64,000 nt of DNA from Selaginella moellendorffii (GCF_000143415.4 NW_003314277.1:1560083-1624082); one strand, 5' to 3'. Shown: positions 24,498-38,767, counted from the stretch's first letter. A program made the numbers and translations. The notes: generated by a model not told the origin, from the sequence alone.

Positions 24498-26285
24498 GAT
24501 TTAGTAATCCAATTCACTTGTAGTTTACTTCTGGCCTTCCATGAATTTAGCGAAGACCTCGACGTCAATAAAGATATCAGCAAAGTCTTGGGCCTGCCAA
24601 GTGGCTTGCATATCTCCTCCACCTTGGGCAAAAACTTCTGAGGAAACGCTGGCACCACCTACATCTTGGGCTTGTCCCCAACAGGTGGCTCCTCCACCTT
24701 GCTTAAACACTTCTTGAGGAAACTCACCACCAATCTCCTGGGACGTGGTTTGCAATACTTCTTGAGGTTGAGGTAACGCTGATTGACAGTAAGTTCCACC
24801 TTGTGGCTCGTAATGGCCTCGCATGGAAGTATTGGACAATGCAAACTCCATGTCTCACTCTATACTTAGTTAAGTTACTTGGATCTTCCCCCTGCCAATA
24901 AAGGCCAATTGTCATGCAAGATGCCAGCATCACAACCCCACAAAATCCAGGAGATCCACTTGCTCAGTGGCCTCCAGCTCGCATAGAACAAACTGCGTAC
25001 TTTGGAAATAAGAGATCGCCGTAACCACTTCTGCTACCTCCAGCGGCATGACCATAATTACAGCGGCTAAGTGAACCTTAGACTCGTGAGCTTGATCGCC
25101 TCAAAGATTGCCTCTTCTCTGCTCGCGCCGCAATGCAGTGCGACCATATCGAGCTTCTTCGACGCCATTCCGCCGTGCTACTGCAAGATCGATGTCAACT
25201 CTGCTGAAATGCTCGGCGCTGCTGATTACATCCCGCTAGCATCCTGGCTACCGAGGCTGGCTCAAGGAAACTGTGGGCACAAATGAATCTAAACAGTTTC
25301 TATTTAGCCTGGCCAGAATAGCGGGGGCTGGAGGAGGGACGCCAGCCAGTTCCGGTCGATTGTGCGCGTGCGTGAGCTGAGCAGCAGGACGACAGGGGTG
25401 ATGACCAGACACTGGACGCCAGGAGATTGGGTCTGCAAAGCCGATCATATCCTTGATCACGTTGAGCAGTGTCGCCATCATGAAGATTGCTGCAGGCAAA
25501 CTTTGCAGGTCCTCACGCTTAGCTTTGCCCTCTGGGTCCATAGTAATTACGAGGCTGGCCCGATGGAACTGATAATCTCTGAAGGTCCAAGGGCCCATAA
25601 TCTCCAGTCCTGGATTAATCCAACCAATTGACCAACTCTGGATTACGCTTCATCCTTCCTGGAAAGTCAAAAAGTTTTATTTTTTAATTTCTCGTTAATA
25701 TATTTTAAAGATTTATCATGACCATATTACAATCATTTTGTATTGTAAAAGACAGGGAATATAAAAGTTTTAGTAGACCACATTATATTTTTTGTATATA
25801 ATACAAGATGACTATCATTTTGTAAAATAAGTATGCATAAACAATATTCAGAAATACTTAACCTTGAAATTTATAGCTGTGAGGGCCAAATGTACGGCTA
25901 CGATGCCGTATACTAATATTAGCGTAGTGGATTTTGATAGCCGTCGGATTGGTTTCAATCCGGACCACTCGCTTCTGTATATAAGCTAGGGTTTTTGGGC
26001 TAATTGATATGCACATTTCTGTATTCCCTTTTCATATTCCATGCACTCACATTGGTAGAGATGAGGTGCATCTTTGATTGTCCCTGGGGAGTGCTTGGAT
26101 TTGGGATTTCGGTTTAGATCTAGCTTTTGCATTGTCTAGATCTAGTTTTTTCCATTTCCTTTCTTTTGTTCTTTCCTTTCAGGATTTTGGTTTCGATCCA
26201 GCTTTTTGCATTGTCTAGATCTACAATTTCTTTCCAGCTTTTTTGTCATTTCTCTTCTTTTGCTCTTTCTTTTTCATTCATCTTC

Positions 26286-27218
26286 ATGGCCGATCCGCAA
26301 TCTCCTCCTTTAACTCTAGAGTAGCAGTTGGTTCAATTGCTTGATGCTATGCGCTTGCAATTGAACAACCAAACTCAGTTGATGGCGGCGTTCACGGCAC
26401 GTGGTACAACTCCTCCTGCTCTTGGTGCCAATCCTCATGTTCGGCCGGAGTTCTTTCGCGGGAATCCTGAGGATGATGTGTACCATTGGTTCAATCACTT
26501 TACGGTGATTGCCACATATCATTCTTGGGATGATGCTCGACGGTTGCGTGAGTTTCCCACGTGTCTCCAAGGGACGGCATTGCAGTGGTACAATGGTTTG
26601 AGCGCAGCTACTCGTGGGGATTGGAGTGTTCTCCCAGACGTCTTCAAACGCGCCTTCGGACATGCCGATAATTGTGATGATGCTTTCCAACAATTGCATC
26701 GTCTTCGCCAAGGGCCATTGGAGTCGGTGATGCAATTTGGCGTTCGTTTCCGAAGTCTTTTGCTTCGTGCGGAGCCAAATATGTCGGAGCGGATCAAGCT
26801 AGGAATGTTGTGGCCAGCACTTCGTCAAGATCTTGTCGGACTTGTGCATGCACTTGCTCCTGCCACCCTTGACGATGCTCTTCGCTTGGCACAACGTTAT
26901 GAGACGTCGCTTCTTCCACTTCTCGCTGCATGTCCTTCCGCTCCACTTCCTATGGGTGATGGTCCTATTCCAATGGAGGTTGATGCTGCTGCTGCTTGAG
27001 TCCAAGGACAAGCGCGAGGACGTGATCGTGGCTGTGATGTTCGCTGCTGGGCATGTGATGAAGTTGGTCATACTTATCGGCATTGCCGTCGTTTTCCAGA
27101 TTGGCGACCTCCATTTCCTGGGTGGAGACCTTGGCGTCAGCAACGTCCCCTGGGTGCTGCTGCAGTGGAAGGTCTGGACACCGAGATATATCCGGGAAAT
27201 GAGGAGTCACGCGAGTAA
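26286..27218 (+). pseudogene. gag: gag (retrotransposon gag domain plus CCHC knuckle) with two premature stops
   Basis: FRGNPEDDVYHWF...LQGTALQWY...LRQGPLESVMQFGVRF; CWACDEVGHTYRHC lies after a TGA. Confidence 0.9.
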
Positions 27219-30200
27219 TGGAGGGACCTTGCGCGAATAAATCAGTGACTCCTCCATCTTTCTTTCGGGAGTATCATCAAGGGGTTCACTCGGCACCAGT
27301 TCATCCAGTGTTTACTTTCCAAGCTCGTTTTTATAACAAGAAGTCTCCTATTATTCTCTCCGTGTTGGTTGATACAGGTTCGAGTTTATCTTCTATTGCT
27401 CGACCTGTTGTCACACGTTGTCGTCTACACTTGCGTCGTGCGGCAGAACTAGTTTTCATTCTTTATGGCAACGGCCGTACACATGCATGTGCACGGGATG
27501 AGGTGGACCTGGTTGTGCGTGTGGGCGATCTCGAGCTTGAGTTGCAGTCGTTGCGGGTGGTGCCGAGTCAAGCTTTTGACCTCATTCTTGGTATGGATTG
27601 GTTGCAGCGCAATCATGCCAAGTGTGACTTTGAGGCTTCTCCCCCTTGTCTTATACTTCCTTATGTTTCATCCATTCCTCTCACTTCCATACCTCTTCGT
27701 CCCTCTACTTCTACCTCTGCTTCCATTACTTTTGTTTCCCCACTCTTTCCTTCTGTGTTTCCATCTTGTTCTGCTTTTCCCTTTTCCGATCCCTCCGACG
27801 ATCTTTGTGTTGCAACAGTTGACCGGCTCATGAAGGAGTATTCTGATCTCTTTGAATTTGACCTATCGTCTGGAGCCAAGATTGCCACACGTCATCCAAT
27901 TCCAACCGGGGATGCTCATCCAATCAAGGTTCCTGTTCGTCGTCGGTCACCTAAGGAGATCAAAATTTTACGAGCAAACGTCAAGGAAATGCTGGAAAAG
28001 GGTGTTATTCGGAAGTCGCGGAGTCCTTGGGCATGTGAACCTCATCTTGTGACGAAGCCTGATGGGAGTATTCGTTTCTGCATCGACTATCGTCCATTAA
28101 ACGAAGTGATGATCCCAGATGTGTATCCTCTTCCTCACACTGCTGATCTCTTGGATCGTCTGGGGCGAAGTCGTTGGTTCACCAAGCTAGATCTTGCTTC
28201 TGGGTATTGGCAAGTACCGATGGCCGAAGAAGATATTCCTAAGACTGCTTTTCGTACACCATTTGGGTTGTACGAGTTCTTGGTGATGCCGTTTGGTTTG
28301 AACAATGCTCCAGCAACTTTCCAGCGGATGATGGACGAGGTTCTTTGCGATATGCCGGAGGTGACTGCTGACTTCATTGATGATGTCTTGATCCACTCGG
28401 AGGGGACGTGGGAGGAGCACGTTCGTGATGTTTATAAAGTGTTGGATCGGCTACGCGACGTTGGTTTAAAGCTGAAGCGGTCGAAGTGCGTGTTTGGGTC
28501 CAAGGACACAACTTATCTTGGGTACCGTATTTCTCATGAGGGTTTGCAAGTTGATCCTGATAAACTTGTGGCTGTTCTAAAGTTCCCTACTCCGAAGTGT
28601 GTGAATGATGTGCAGCGCTTTTTGGGTAAGGTGCAGTATCTTGGTCGTTTTGTGGATCATCTTTCCGATCGCACTGCACCATTGCGAACGTTGCTAAAGT
28701 CATCAACGTCATCTTTCATCTGGTCTCCGGATTGTGAGCGGGCGTTCGTGGATCTCAAAGAGTTATTGATAACTCCTCCGGTTTTGGCATATCCTGATTA
28801 CACTAGACCTTTTATTTTGCGCGTGGATGCTTTTGACATTGGTCTTGGAGGTGTGTTGATGCAAGAGAGCTCGAGTGTGCCTGGTCAGCGCCATCCCATT
28901 GCATACATAAGCCGTACATTACAACCAGCGGAGATGAACTACTCCACGACGGAGAAGGAGTGTTTAGCAGCAGTCTGGGGTTTCGAGAAACTTCATGCAT
29001 ATCTACATGGTTCTCGGACGTTACTTGAAGGTGACCATGCTGTTGTTACTTCATTATTGAAGCGGAAGAACCTGGTTGGTCGTACGGCTCGATGGGCTTT
29101 GAAGCTTCAGATATATGATTTCGATGTTATTCATCGCCCAGGGAGTTCTATGGCTGATGCTGATGCCCTTTCTCGGGCTCCCCTTCCTTCTCCACTCACT
29201 TCGCATCATTCTGATGAACCTGTTGTTCCAGCATCTGTGGATTTTCTAGATGAGGATTCTGTGCCGTCGGCGGTTGCTGTCCTTGACGTTCAGTGTCCAC
29301 AGGGTGCAGAGCAAGATCTGCCTTCTCTTGAGGAGGTTCGCGAGGCTCAAAAGATTGAGCCGTGGATTCGAAGGCTTCGAGATGGGTTTGAGAATCCTGC
29401 ATCACTTGCTAATGACTTGCCTTTCCGGCATTTACATTCTCAATATCGCTTTGAAGATGGCCTTCTTTATTTTGTGGGGAGGGATCCCGATAATCATTTA
29501 CGACTGGTGGTACCTTCGGTGTTTATTCCGCGGTTTCTCCATGCCTACCATGATTCTCCTGTTCTAGGTGGGCATATGGGACACCGTCGTGTCACCAAGA
29601 AGCTGCGCAGGTCTTTCTATTGGCCGGAGATGCGACGTGATATTATCCGGTATGTGCGTAGCTGCGTTTGGTGCCAAGCTCGTAATACTCCCCCTTGTGC
29701 TGCAGAAGGACGGTTGGAGTCAATTGCAGTTTCCTGTCCGTTTGAGTTGGTGGCGTTTGATCTTATGGGACCTTTTCCACGGTCGACTGCTGGCAATGAG
29801 TATGTTATTATTGCTTCTGACTACTTGACTCGTTGGGTGGAAGTTGGTGCTCTTGCTAGCGCCTCTGCAACTGCTGTTAGATACTTCCTCCTCAATCGAG
29901 TGGTGTTCCAGCATTCTTGTCTAGAGCGGATTCTTTCGGATAATGGTCCTGCATTTATGGCTGAGGTATTTCATGTTTTGACATCTCGGTTGGGGATACG
30001 CCACACTTTTACGAGTGCTTATCATCCACAATCAGACAGTCTAGTGGAACGGCTCGTTCGGACATTCAAAGGGATGATTTCGAAGTATGTGAACTTTCAG
30101 CATTCGGATTGGGATGGTTATTTGCCGTCTCTTCGGTATGCCTATGTCACAGGGGTGCAGAGTTCTGTTGGTGCTTCACCATATAAACTTCTATATGGTC

Positions 30201-30682
30201 ATGATCCAATATTACCAACAGAGTTGGGTTTACCTTCGCGATTGCCACGAGCTCCTGATGCTAGGTCATGGGATTAGTATTTGACAAGCATTCTTCCACT
30301 TGTCCGAGCAGAGTCTGCCGAACACTTAGGCCGCGTACAAGTGGGACAACAACGGCGCTACAACTCCCATCATCGTCCACCTGCAGAGTACAAAGTGGAT
30401 GATTTGGTGTTAGTCCGTTTTCTCCATCTTACGGTACGTGGTTTATCTAAGGGGCTCCTTGCGCAGTGGAAAGGACCGTATTGGGTGTTGCGGCAAGTTG
30501 GACCGCAAGTTTATGAGGTTCGGCATGACGTTCAGCAGGCTGATCCTCCAGAGATTGTGCATGTGCAGTGGTTAAAACACTTCATACAAAGGGATCAGGA
30601 GCAGTTAATACCGTCTACAGATCCACCGATGCCTCCTCCTGACGTTCCTCCAGATCCCGGCCCATCTACAAGAGAACCCTGA
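27218..30682 (+). pseudogene. pol: pol (protease-RT-RNase H-integrase), one premature TAG at 30275-30277
   Basis: LVDTGSS, FIDDVLI, RNase H DAFDIGLGGVL, HHCC zinc finger, SDNGPAF, WKGPYWV. Confidence 0.95.
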
Positions 30683-32502
30683 CGGCCTTCCATTATTCCG
30701 AGAGGAGGGGATGATGTGAGGGCCAAGTGTACGGCTACGATGCCGTATACTAATATTAGCGTAGTGGATTTTGGTAGCCGTCGGATTGGTTTCAATCTGA
30801 ACCACTCGCTCCTGTATATAAGCTAGGGTTTTTGGGCTAATTGATATGCACATTTCTGTATTCCCTTTTCATATTCCATGCACTCACATAGCTTGATGCT
30901 ATTAATAAAATATTCTCTCTATTTGTAGAATTATATATTGACTTGTATAAATTATATCATTGTAAAATCCAACACTCAAAGTTGTTAGTGTTATCAGAAA
31001 TATATGATATTCCACTTAAGATAGTATCTTTAAATCTTATATTTCTCAAGTAAATTATAATCTTGTTCTGTAAAAATAAAAGCATTATATTCAAAAGTAT
31101 AATAATCTGTGATACATTTTTGGTTTGCTTAAGCAAACCTGTAGGGGGACTAGGATGGTAGTGGATATACTTAGAGTATACTTGAATATTCTAGGATATT
31201 CTACCATCTAACAGTTGTTATTCATTTAGATTAATTTTGTATTTATAATTTATAAAATTTCTTAAACCCTTTCTAGTATATTCTGTTTTATTCTATCATC
31301 TAATAAGCTCTATTTCGTTAAAGTGGGATTTATTCAGTAAAATGGGACTAGGTACAAATTTTCAAGTATTTGAAAATGACGTGAAATTATATGTTTTTTG
31401 TCCAGGGGCTAGACATATCTGGGGCATGGTGACTAGCGCGGTGACTTTATGTCCAGACTGAGTCCATCTGGTTGTATAATAAATCTCATTGTCAAGGTGA
31501 ACAAGCCGAATCTGAAGCTAAAGAAGAGCGATGGCATGCGCGCACACACTATTTGTTTGTTCATTGAGCGTGTGGTGAGCTTTCCAAGATGAACATCATT
31601 CCTATTAGCCAGACATATCACTTAATGGTGAGAACATTTAGATATTATTCAATGTTATCTTTTTCTAACGAATCTAATTGTGAAGGTGTAGCAAGAGGCA
31701 TTGCTAGTCTGGAGAAGTCATTTAACTCATTTGACCCTTAGTGTATTTTCATGAAACTAAATAACATTCATATTATTAAGGAATTTCTCTAGTACCTTTT
31801 TTTTACGACATAGAGGCTTGCATTTCTTTCAAAGGTGATTTAGTAAAAGGCCTGAGGGCACATGCCATTCTATTTCTCAGACCGGTATTAAGATATACTA
31901 GTGCAAAGGGAAAAAGGTATTTGGTGATCAAGTAAATGGCATGAGGGCACACGCCATTATAAGCCTAAGCGCTAGTGGACACCTCCTTTTTGGTACTCTC
32001 AGCGGTACTATCATCCTTCTCCGGGTCAGTTGTTTTGCTTTGGATTGTTGTCTCTGACGTTACTGGGGCGTTCTCGATAGTTGTTAATGTTGCCGTTTGT
32101 TCAGAAAAATGATCACCTGGAGTATAGTACGGGGAGTTTGGAAGACTTATATATTCTACATCTTCACCTATCTCCTTCTCCGTCTCCTTTTCTGCCTCAC
32201 TTACAGATTTTGTGTTTGCCATGAGAACGCTCTTCACCCTAAAATATGGAGTTCGTTGTGTTATAAAAGGAAACCAACACACACGCTGCAAGGGAATGAT
32301 GGTACATAAAGCACGTAAGCCCACAATATGGGTTTATGTGCCATTAGTATGGGCCACACGCCATATTATTAGATTTATGCACGTGTGATTGGTAAATGCA
32401 TATGTCACATCATCTCAGGCCACATGCCATCACGCCTCCTCTGATTCAGATTCGGATTGTTCACCTTGAAATAAAATACATTAGAAACTTAGTAAAGGAA
32501 TA

Positions 32503-35500
32503 TTAATGAATCTCACCTTGAACCCGGGTTATGAATGCTCTTGCTGCATCTCTTGCATGGTTTGGCAAGGTGATGGTGGCACTCTGCTTCCGCATCCAAC
32601 CATGCACAACATTATCCACCGATATGCTCATGCTGGGATCCCTTGGATTCAGCACCCATCTCTTTTCTAGGCAATCCTTCGTATATCCGGAACTTGGCTT
32701 GAACCACTCCACAGTTACATTGAAGGAGTTAGTTTCCGCGTCCTCCTCTGCATCAGTGATGTAGCGCCCCACCCATATCATTTGTTTTTTATTACTGGGT
32801 CTGACAAGCACGACCATTCCTTTGCAGACCTGTACTGGATTGAATGCTGAATCCGGCTTCTTGTTCCTCGGCCCACAATAGTGATCCTCAACATCGTTAT
32901 CTGTCACTGCATTTCCAGAGGACATTGTTCCGCTACTATCTGGTGCTCTGGGTTCTGGCCAAAAGGACTCTTCCAATTCTTCATATACAACCGGCCCATT
33001 TTGGATAGCAGATATAATCTTCTCCCAGTATTCGAGCAAAGGCTTGCACCTCTGAAAATAGGATTCTCCACCAAACACCATCTTCCAGAAGGCAATATGC
33101 TGTCTAATCCCGGCCACTATACTTTCCTGGTCTTTGAGTCCATCCGGGTGCATTGGCCGTGGGGAACCCTGAGGAATCATAGGTTCCCCAGTTATGGGAT
33201 CTCTCTTGAAGAGTTCAATGCCGTCCACTGGCAGCCACACTGTGTCCCATTCTCTCATCTTGTACCTCATCACTGGAGCACCGTCACACATGCTGAAATG
33301 AAACTGAAGAGGCTTGGAGTGGCCAATCAGCGTTTCGGATCCATCCCTGATATAGCCTCTTACAAACCCCTTAAAGTCTGGAACCTCTGTCAGAAGTGCA
33401 GCTTCAACAATGCCTTTGATGCAATTTTGGAATTCATCGTAGAGTTGTGGGAGGGTGAGGACATTGGATCACCGGAGGGACTCTGCCAGGTGACTGAACA
33501 TGGCATCGACGTCTTCATGAGTGTGCCCAACCATGAGAAAGCCAAGTGTAACCGTTTCAAATATGCCTTTGGCAACAAGCATCGCCAAGTACGCGAAGAC
33601 GTACATGTTTTTGTTCTCACTGCCAGCATTGTTTGTTTGGAGCAAAAGATGGGGTGGAAGGCCACATTGGCCACAAGAACTTCCTTGAGATTCTGCTTCG
33701 TTTGGATGAGGCTGTGCATTCACCGGGCGACCAGCCTCGTCGGAATGGCATGAGGCCTCACGTGATAACCCTACAATCTGACGGCCAATATATTCACTGG
33801 GATGGCATGGGGCCCCACACGATACTGCAAGCCTTTGCTCCTCCTCCAGCTGAACCCTGTATGGGGTTCGATCGACAAGGGCCTTATGCAAGGGTTGGCC
33901 GTTCAGCTCAGTCTGCGCACTTTGCAGAAACCTTAAGTGTTTTGCTAGGGAAGAAATCATCATGTTTGCACCCCCGCCACCCCATAGAGGTACAAAGAAG
34001 TTCCCATAGTTCTGGGCACCATGCCCATGAGCGATTATGCCAAACAGAGACACAGGCAGCTGCATGGATGAAGAGATTGCCTTGGGGGTAGGATTGAGTC
34101 GAGGTAAGCACGTCTTTTTCTAGTCCATTTTGTCGTGGATGATGCAGAGGTAAGAGTCAGGTCTCTCCATGGAGAGAATCTTGTTATGATAATATGCAGT
34201 CCTGCAACTTCTCTGCTCGATGTTGTGGTCGAGCCGCCTTCTAACCAACGTCTCTCGCTCTTGAGCGCTGCAAGAATTCTTCGACAAAGCCATTTTGATA
34301 GTAGTGCACTCGTCACACTTTGAAAAGCTGGAGTACTTTCCTATACTCACATCCCTGAACCTGTTGCTCCACAATCTACTAAATCTAGATTGGCTTAGCT
34401 TCCTGTAGCCATTACTCTGGAGTTCCCGATTCACATCTTCCAATATGGCCCCCTTGGTATACATGGAAGGGATAACTCATTGGGTGTCTCGTGTTCCATC
34501 TTCCAAGAGGCGGGTTTTATGTGGTTGCTGCTCGCTACATGTCTCGACAAACCTCTTGAAGATTGCCTCTCCATATACAACATGACCCCTGGTTTTGTGC
34601 GTACCGTCGTTCCTATGGATTGCCTGCTGAACCCTTTGTTCCTCGAACTCAGTTTTGATTCTGTAGAATGTGGTTCGAGGGACTCCATAAATGATTCTCC
34701 ATGCCTTCATGCAGACCAAACCCCTCTGGAAGACCATGCCCCCCACCTGATGTTCTGAAGCATCAACAGATGACCGTAATGCCTCATACACAAAATTGCG
34801 AGCTGCCTTCCAGGACAATGTCTTGTATTTTGCTCTCTCCTCTTCAATAGCATCCCAATCAGCATGTTGATAGCACCTCCTCTTGCAACAAGCAACTGTC
34901 GAGACCATTTGAACCTCCATTGCCATTTTCTGCCTTTTCGGTTCGTTGCTCAGATCCCTTTGGCTGCGCTTCAGGAAGGTGTACTTTCTTTTCCCATGAA
35001 GAGATGTTCTATCATCAGTTATAATGGTGTTTGATTGTGAATCCTTCACATTCTCAAACACTAAGTGCCTCAATTTCCACCGCACAATGCTTCCAATAGT
35101 CATACTGTTTTCTTCTGTGTCAACAACCTCTAAAATCGCAACTCCAATATCATCCCAGCCCAATTTTTGATTAGCAACTGCATCTCTTGGATCGACAACT
35201 GTGGCTAAGCCCTCAGCTACCACCTCCCCCTCGGGGTTGTTTAGAAACACCTTTGCCTAAATCCATGTAGCACGGTTCTTAAGATCCACGGAGGGAACAT
35301 GCGTCGCACTTGCGCTGTCCCCAACATCTGCTTTCTTCTGAAGATTTTTCAAGGCAACAACAACATTTACCCCGACGACCATCTCTCCTCGTTCAATAGC
35401 GACCACATTCCCATCGAAGACAATCTCTACTGATACAGCAGCATTGCCTTCCCCAAGCCTTTGACAGTGTATAACAAAGTTCCGATCCATAGACACAAGG

Positions 35501-35565
35501 GTCCCTTTTGCAACTCTCTTCCCACCATTCAAAATGTAAACCTTTTCCCCAACCCTGAAAGCCAT
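32503..35565 (-). pseudogene. Sola-like DDD transposase, one reading frame of ~1020 codons broken by 4 in-frame stops
   Basis: ORFs 35257-35565, 34477-35250, 34120-34464, 33469-34065 and 32503-33291 share one frame. Motifs CCKRRC...VCMKAW, FSKCDEC, IIHDKMD, LLQTNNAGSENKN (D to N), FLMVGHTHEDVDAMFS. Confidence 0.85.
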
Positions 35566-35852
35566 TCTGAAAGTGCAGAAAAGAAGTTAAGACCATACAA
35601 AAAATGATTGGAGAATGGCCTAAATCATAACATACCAAACAACCTCAATAGCATGAGGCCACATGCCATTATTCAAACATGCTATTGACACCCACGTGAA
35701 ATTTTGCATTCACAAAATTGGCATAAGCCCTCATGCCATTAGTGGTACCACTAATGGCATGAGGCCTCACGCTATCTTTGGCCCCTGCTAGCCTATTGCT
35801 ATATTCCTTTTGCCGTGCTGCAACTGTATATATTTTTGTGTGCGTGACTAGT

Positions 35853-36429
35853 NNNNNNNNNNNNNNNNNNNNNNNNNNNNNNNNNNNNNNNNNNNNNNNN
35901 NNNNNNNNNNNNNNNNNNNNNNNNNNNNNNNNNNNNNNNNNNNNNNNNNNNNNNNNNNNNNNNNNNNNNNNNNNNNNNNNNNNNNNNNNNNNNNNNNNNN
36001 NNNNNNNNNNNNNNNNNNNNNNNNNNNNNNNNNNNNNNNNNNNNNNNNNNNNNNNNNNNNNNNNNNNNNNNNNNNNNNNNNNNNNNNNNNNNNNNNNNNN
36101 NNNNNNNNNNNNNNNNNNNNNNNNNNNNNNNNNNNNNNNNNNNNNNNNNNNNNNNNNNNNNNNNNNNNNNNNNNNNNNNNNNNNNNNNNNNNNNNNNNNN
36201 NNNNNNNNNNNNNNNNNNNNNNNNNNNNNNNNNNNNNNNNNNNNNNNNNNNNNNNNNNNNNNNNNNNNNNNNNNNNNNNNNNNNNNNNNNNNNNNNNNNN
36301 NNNNNNNNNNNNNNNNNNNNNNNNNNNNNNNNNNNNNNNNNNNNNNNNNNNNNNNNNNNNNNNNNNNNNNNNNNNNNNNNNNNNNNNNNNNNNNNNNNNN
36401 NNNNNNNNNNNNNNNNNNNNNNNNNNNNN
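35853..36429. other. Assembly gap (N run)
   Basis: 577 Ns. Confidence 1.
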
Positions 36430-36729
36430 TCCAACCGAGTTGGCCGCCACGGCGCGAGACCTAGGAATGAGTTCGAGAATTCAAAAATAACACACGCTTG
36501 AATGTCACATCAAATCCTCTGACAAACCAGATTTTATGACTCCTCTGACAAATTTCAAACTGAGTAGTTTTTAGACTTTGCTGTCGGAGGTTGAACTTTG
36601 TCACATCATGTCCTTGCCTCGATCCAGCTGTGCCATGTCAGTGATTCGAACTTTGCCATGCCATGTCAGCGATCCGTGCCAAGATTATTTGCCGTGTAAA
36701 GGAATAATTATGCTGTGTGTGTACGTCCA

Positions 36730-38055
36730 TTTATGGCAATATAAGGCCACACGCCATTCAAAGAATAATGCTAGTCGAGCATTTTTTGGTGCATTTTTGG
36801 GTTCAAAATTGCATGAGCCCACACGCTATAAAGTTTACTTGTACCAAAAATAGAAACAGCTTTATTTACTTGGGAATTTAAGTGGTTGAGGCATTTTTAA
36901 ACTTACAAACACATGCCCTACTTACATTCCTTTGGTTGCTTAAAATTCAAAAATATTATAAACCTTTCTTTTTGCATTTTCAATGTTTTCAATTATGGTT
37001 TTTGATTTTCACAGGACCAGCCTAGTAATCTATTTGCATCCCGTCATGTTTATAGCTAGCTTTCGTTTGTCCCCTTCGCTAGCCTGAGATACATCTGCTC
37101 AGCATCTGCCTCTTACAGCATTTGCCTAGAAAGGGCATCTTTCTTCACGCAGCATTTGCCACATGTTTAGGGTTTAGGGTTTAGCAATTCAGTAGCTTGA
37201 TAAACATGCAAATACAGAACTTGATGCAAAATCCTTTGATATGTCACAATGCCCCTAGGACCATAAACACATTTCAATAGAGAGGGTCCTTTCATTTCAT
37301 AACTCCTTACGTAGATCTTGGTGAAACCAGAGTTAGTGAAGTTAGTTTCTTGTGATCCTGCATCTGATTGTGATGTCCCTTTGCAGTGTCGATGGAAAAG
37401 TCAATGCACACCAAACTGTAAAATCTTGGAGCAAAATAACGGTCAGATCTATGGCAAATGCCCCTGAAACATTGTAAGGCTCGTGTGGTCTCATGTGGTG
37501 TCTGATCGAGATGCTTCTTTGCAGGGTCATCAAGAAAGACATTGTATACCATTCTGTAAAATCTAGTTGCGATCTAACGGTTGGATCTCCAGAAAACTCA
37601 AAAAAATCTCGCGCGTGTCAGAATATCCTAGGAATATACTCCTATGTGCCCCTGAAAATGGCATGTGGCCCCACGCCATTCAAGAGATAACGCCAGATGA
37701 CGCCGAGAATTTTTTGGTGCATTTTTTGGGTTCAAAATTGCATGAGCCCACACGCTATAAAGTTTATCTTTGCCAAATAGAGAAAAGTTTATCTGTGTCA
37801 TGTGAGGTAGTTACAGTCCTTTGTGCTTGGCATCTGCCTCTTGCAGCATTTGCACTGAAAGGGAATTTTTCTCCATTCAGCATTTGGCCCTGAAAATGGC
37901 ATGCGCCCACATGCCATTCAAGGAATAACGCCACAGGACGCCTGGATTTTTGGGTTTAAAATGTTTAGGGTTTTTTGGGTTTTTTCAAAATATTTTGGGC
38001 CCAACGTTTTTTGGGTTTCTTTGGTTCAAAATTGCATGAGCCCACACGCTATAAT
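36730..38055. repeat. Internal dispersed/tandem repeat block of the Sola-type element
   Basis: Three copies of ggttcaaaattgcatgagcccacacgctataa (~36800, 37730, 38023), each preceded by a palindrome copy and ...gccattcaag; gcatctgcctcttRcagcatttgc occurs twice. Confidence 0.85.
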
Positions 38056-38767
38056 ATTGATTTGAGAGAAAAATAGAAATAGATAGAATTTCTTTATTTA
38101 GCTGAACATCTGCCATTTTTGGAAATACAAGATGCTTTGGAATATCTAATCATGCATGGTATAAATATAGCGAGGGTATTAAATGATATCCCAATCATGA
38201 TCTTTCTTTTGGATTTCGCGTGCATGCAGTCCGAGGAATGATGACGTTGCGGATTTCTTTTGGATTTTGCGTGCTTGCATGCGCGCGGCAATCCAGAAAT
38301 TAATGGTGGCGCCCAAGTCCGAGGAATGATGACGTGGCGGGATTACCAACTGTTGTGACATTTCGCGTGTGTGAGGTTAGGTTTTGCATTTTGCTTCGTA
38401 CTCGCGCTCGCGCTCGCATCACACTCGCGCTCCCGCTCGCATCGCGCTCCCACTCGCGATCACGCTCACTTCTCTACAGGTTTCTCGTGTGCATCGGCGT
38501 CCACTCACGCTTACATCACACTCGCGCTCGCATCGCGCTCGTGTGCATCGGCGTCCACTTCAAGACACACCCAGTTTGTAACTTCGCCGCCAACTCCGCC
38601 GCCCACTCCGCCACCCACACGCAGCCCACTTGGCGTCTCGGGAGATTTCAGCGCCACTCTCCAACTGTAAGTGGCAGAGTAGCCTTGCTGCTACGATCTG
38701 CTGCACACACAGTGCACATTCGCCAGCGAGTCCGGCCTCGATTGTCACGGCCTCCATTCGGCTTCAA

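Larger units (their letters stand above)
25878..30888 (+). mobile_element. Full-length Ty3/gypsy LTR retrotransposon without chromodomain, inactivated by nonsense mutations
   Basis: 174-bp LTRs TG...CA at 25878-26051 and 30715-30888 (5 transitions by my count); TSD TAGC; PBS TGGTAGAGATGAGG (tRNA-Ala-like); PPT GAGAGGAGGGG. Confidence 0.97.

Noticed and set aside
24525-25650. Several short minus-strand ORFs
   Set aside because: No recognisable motifs; possibly decayed gene fragments.
32881-33753. 290-aa plus-strand ORF
   Set aside because: Antisense shadow of the transposase; no motifs.
35778-36464. ORFs of poly-X
   Set aside because: Assembly gap.
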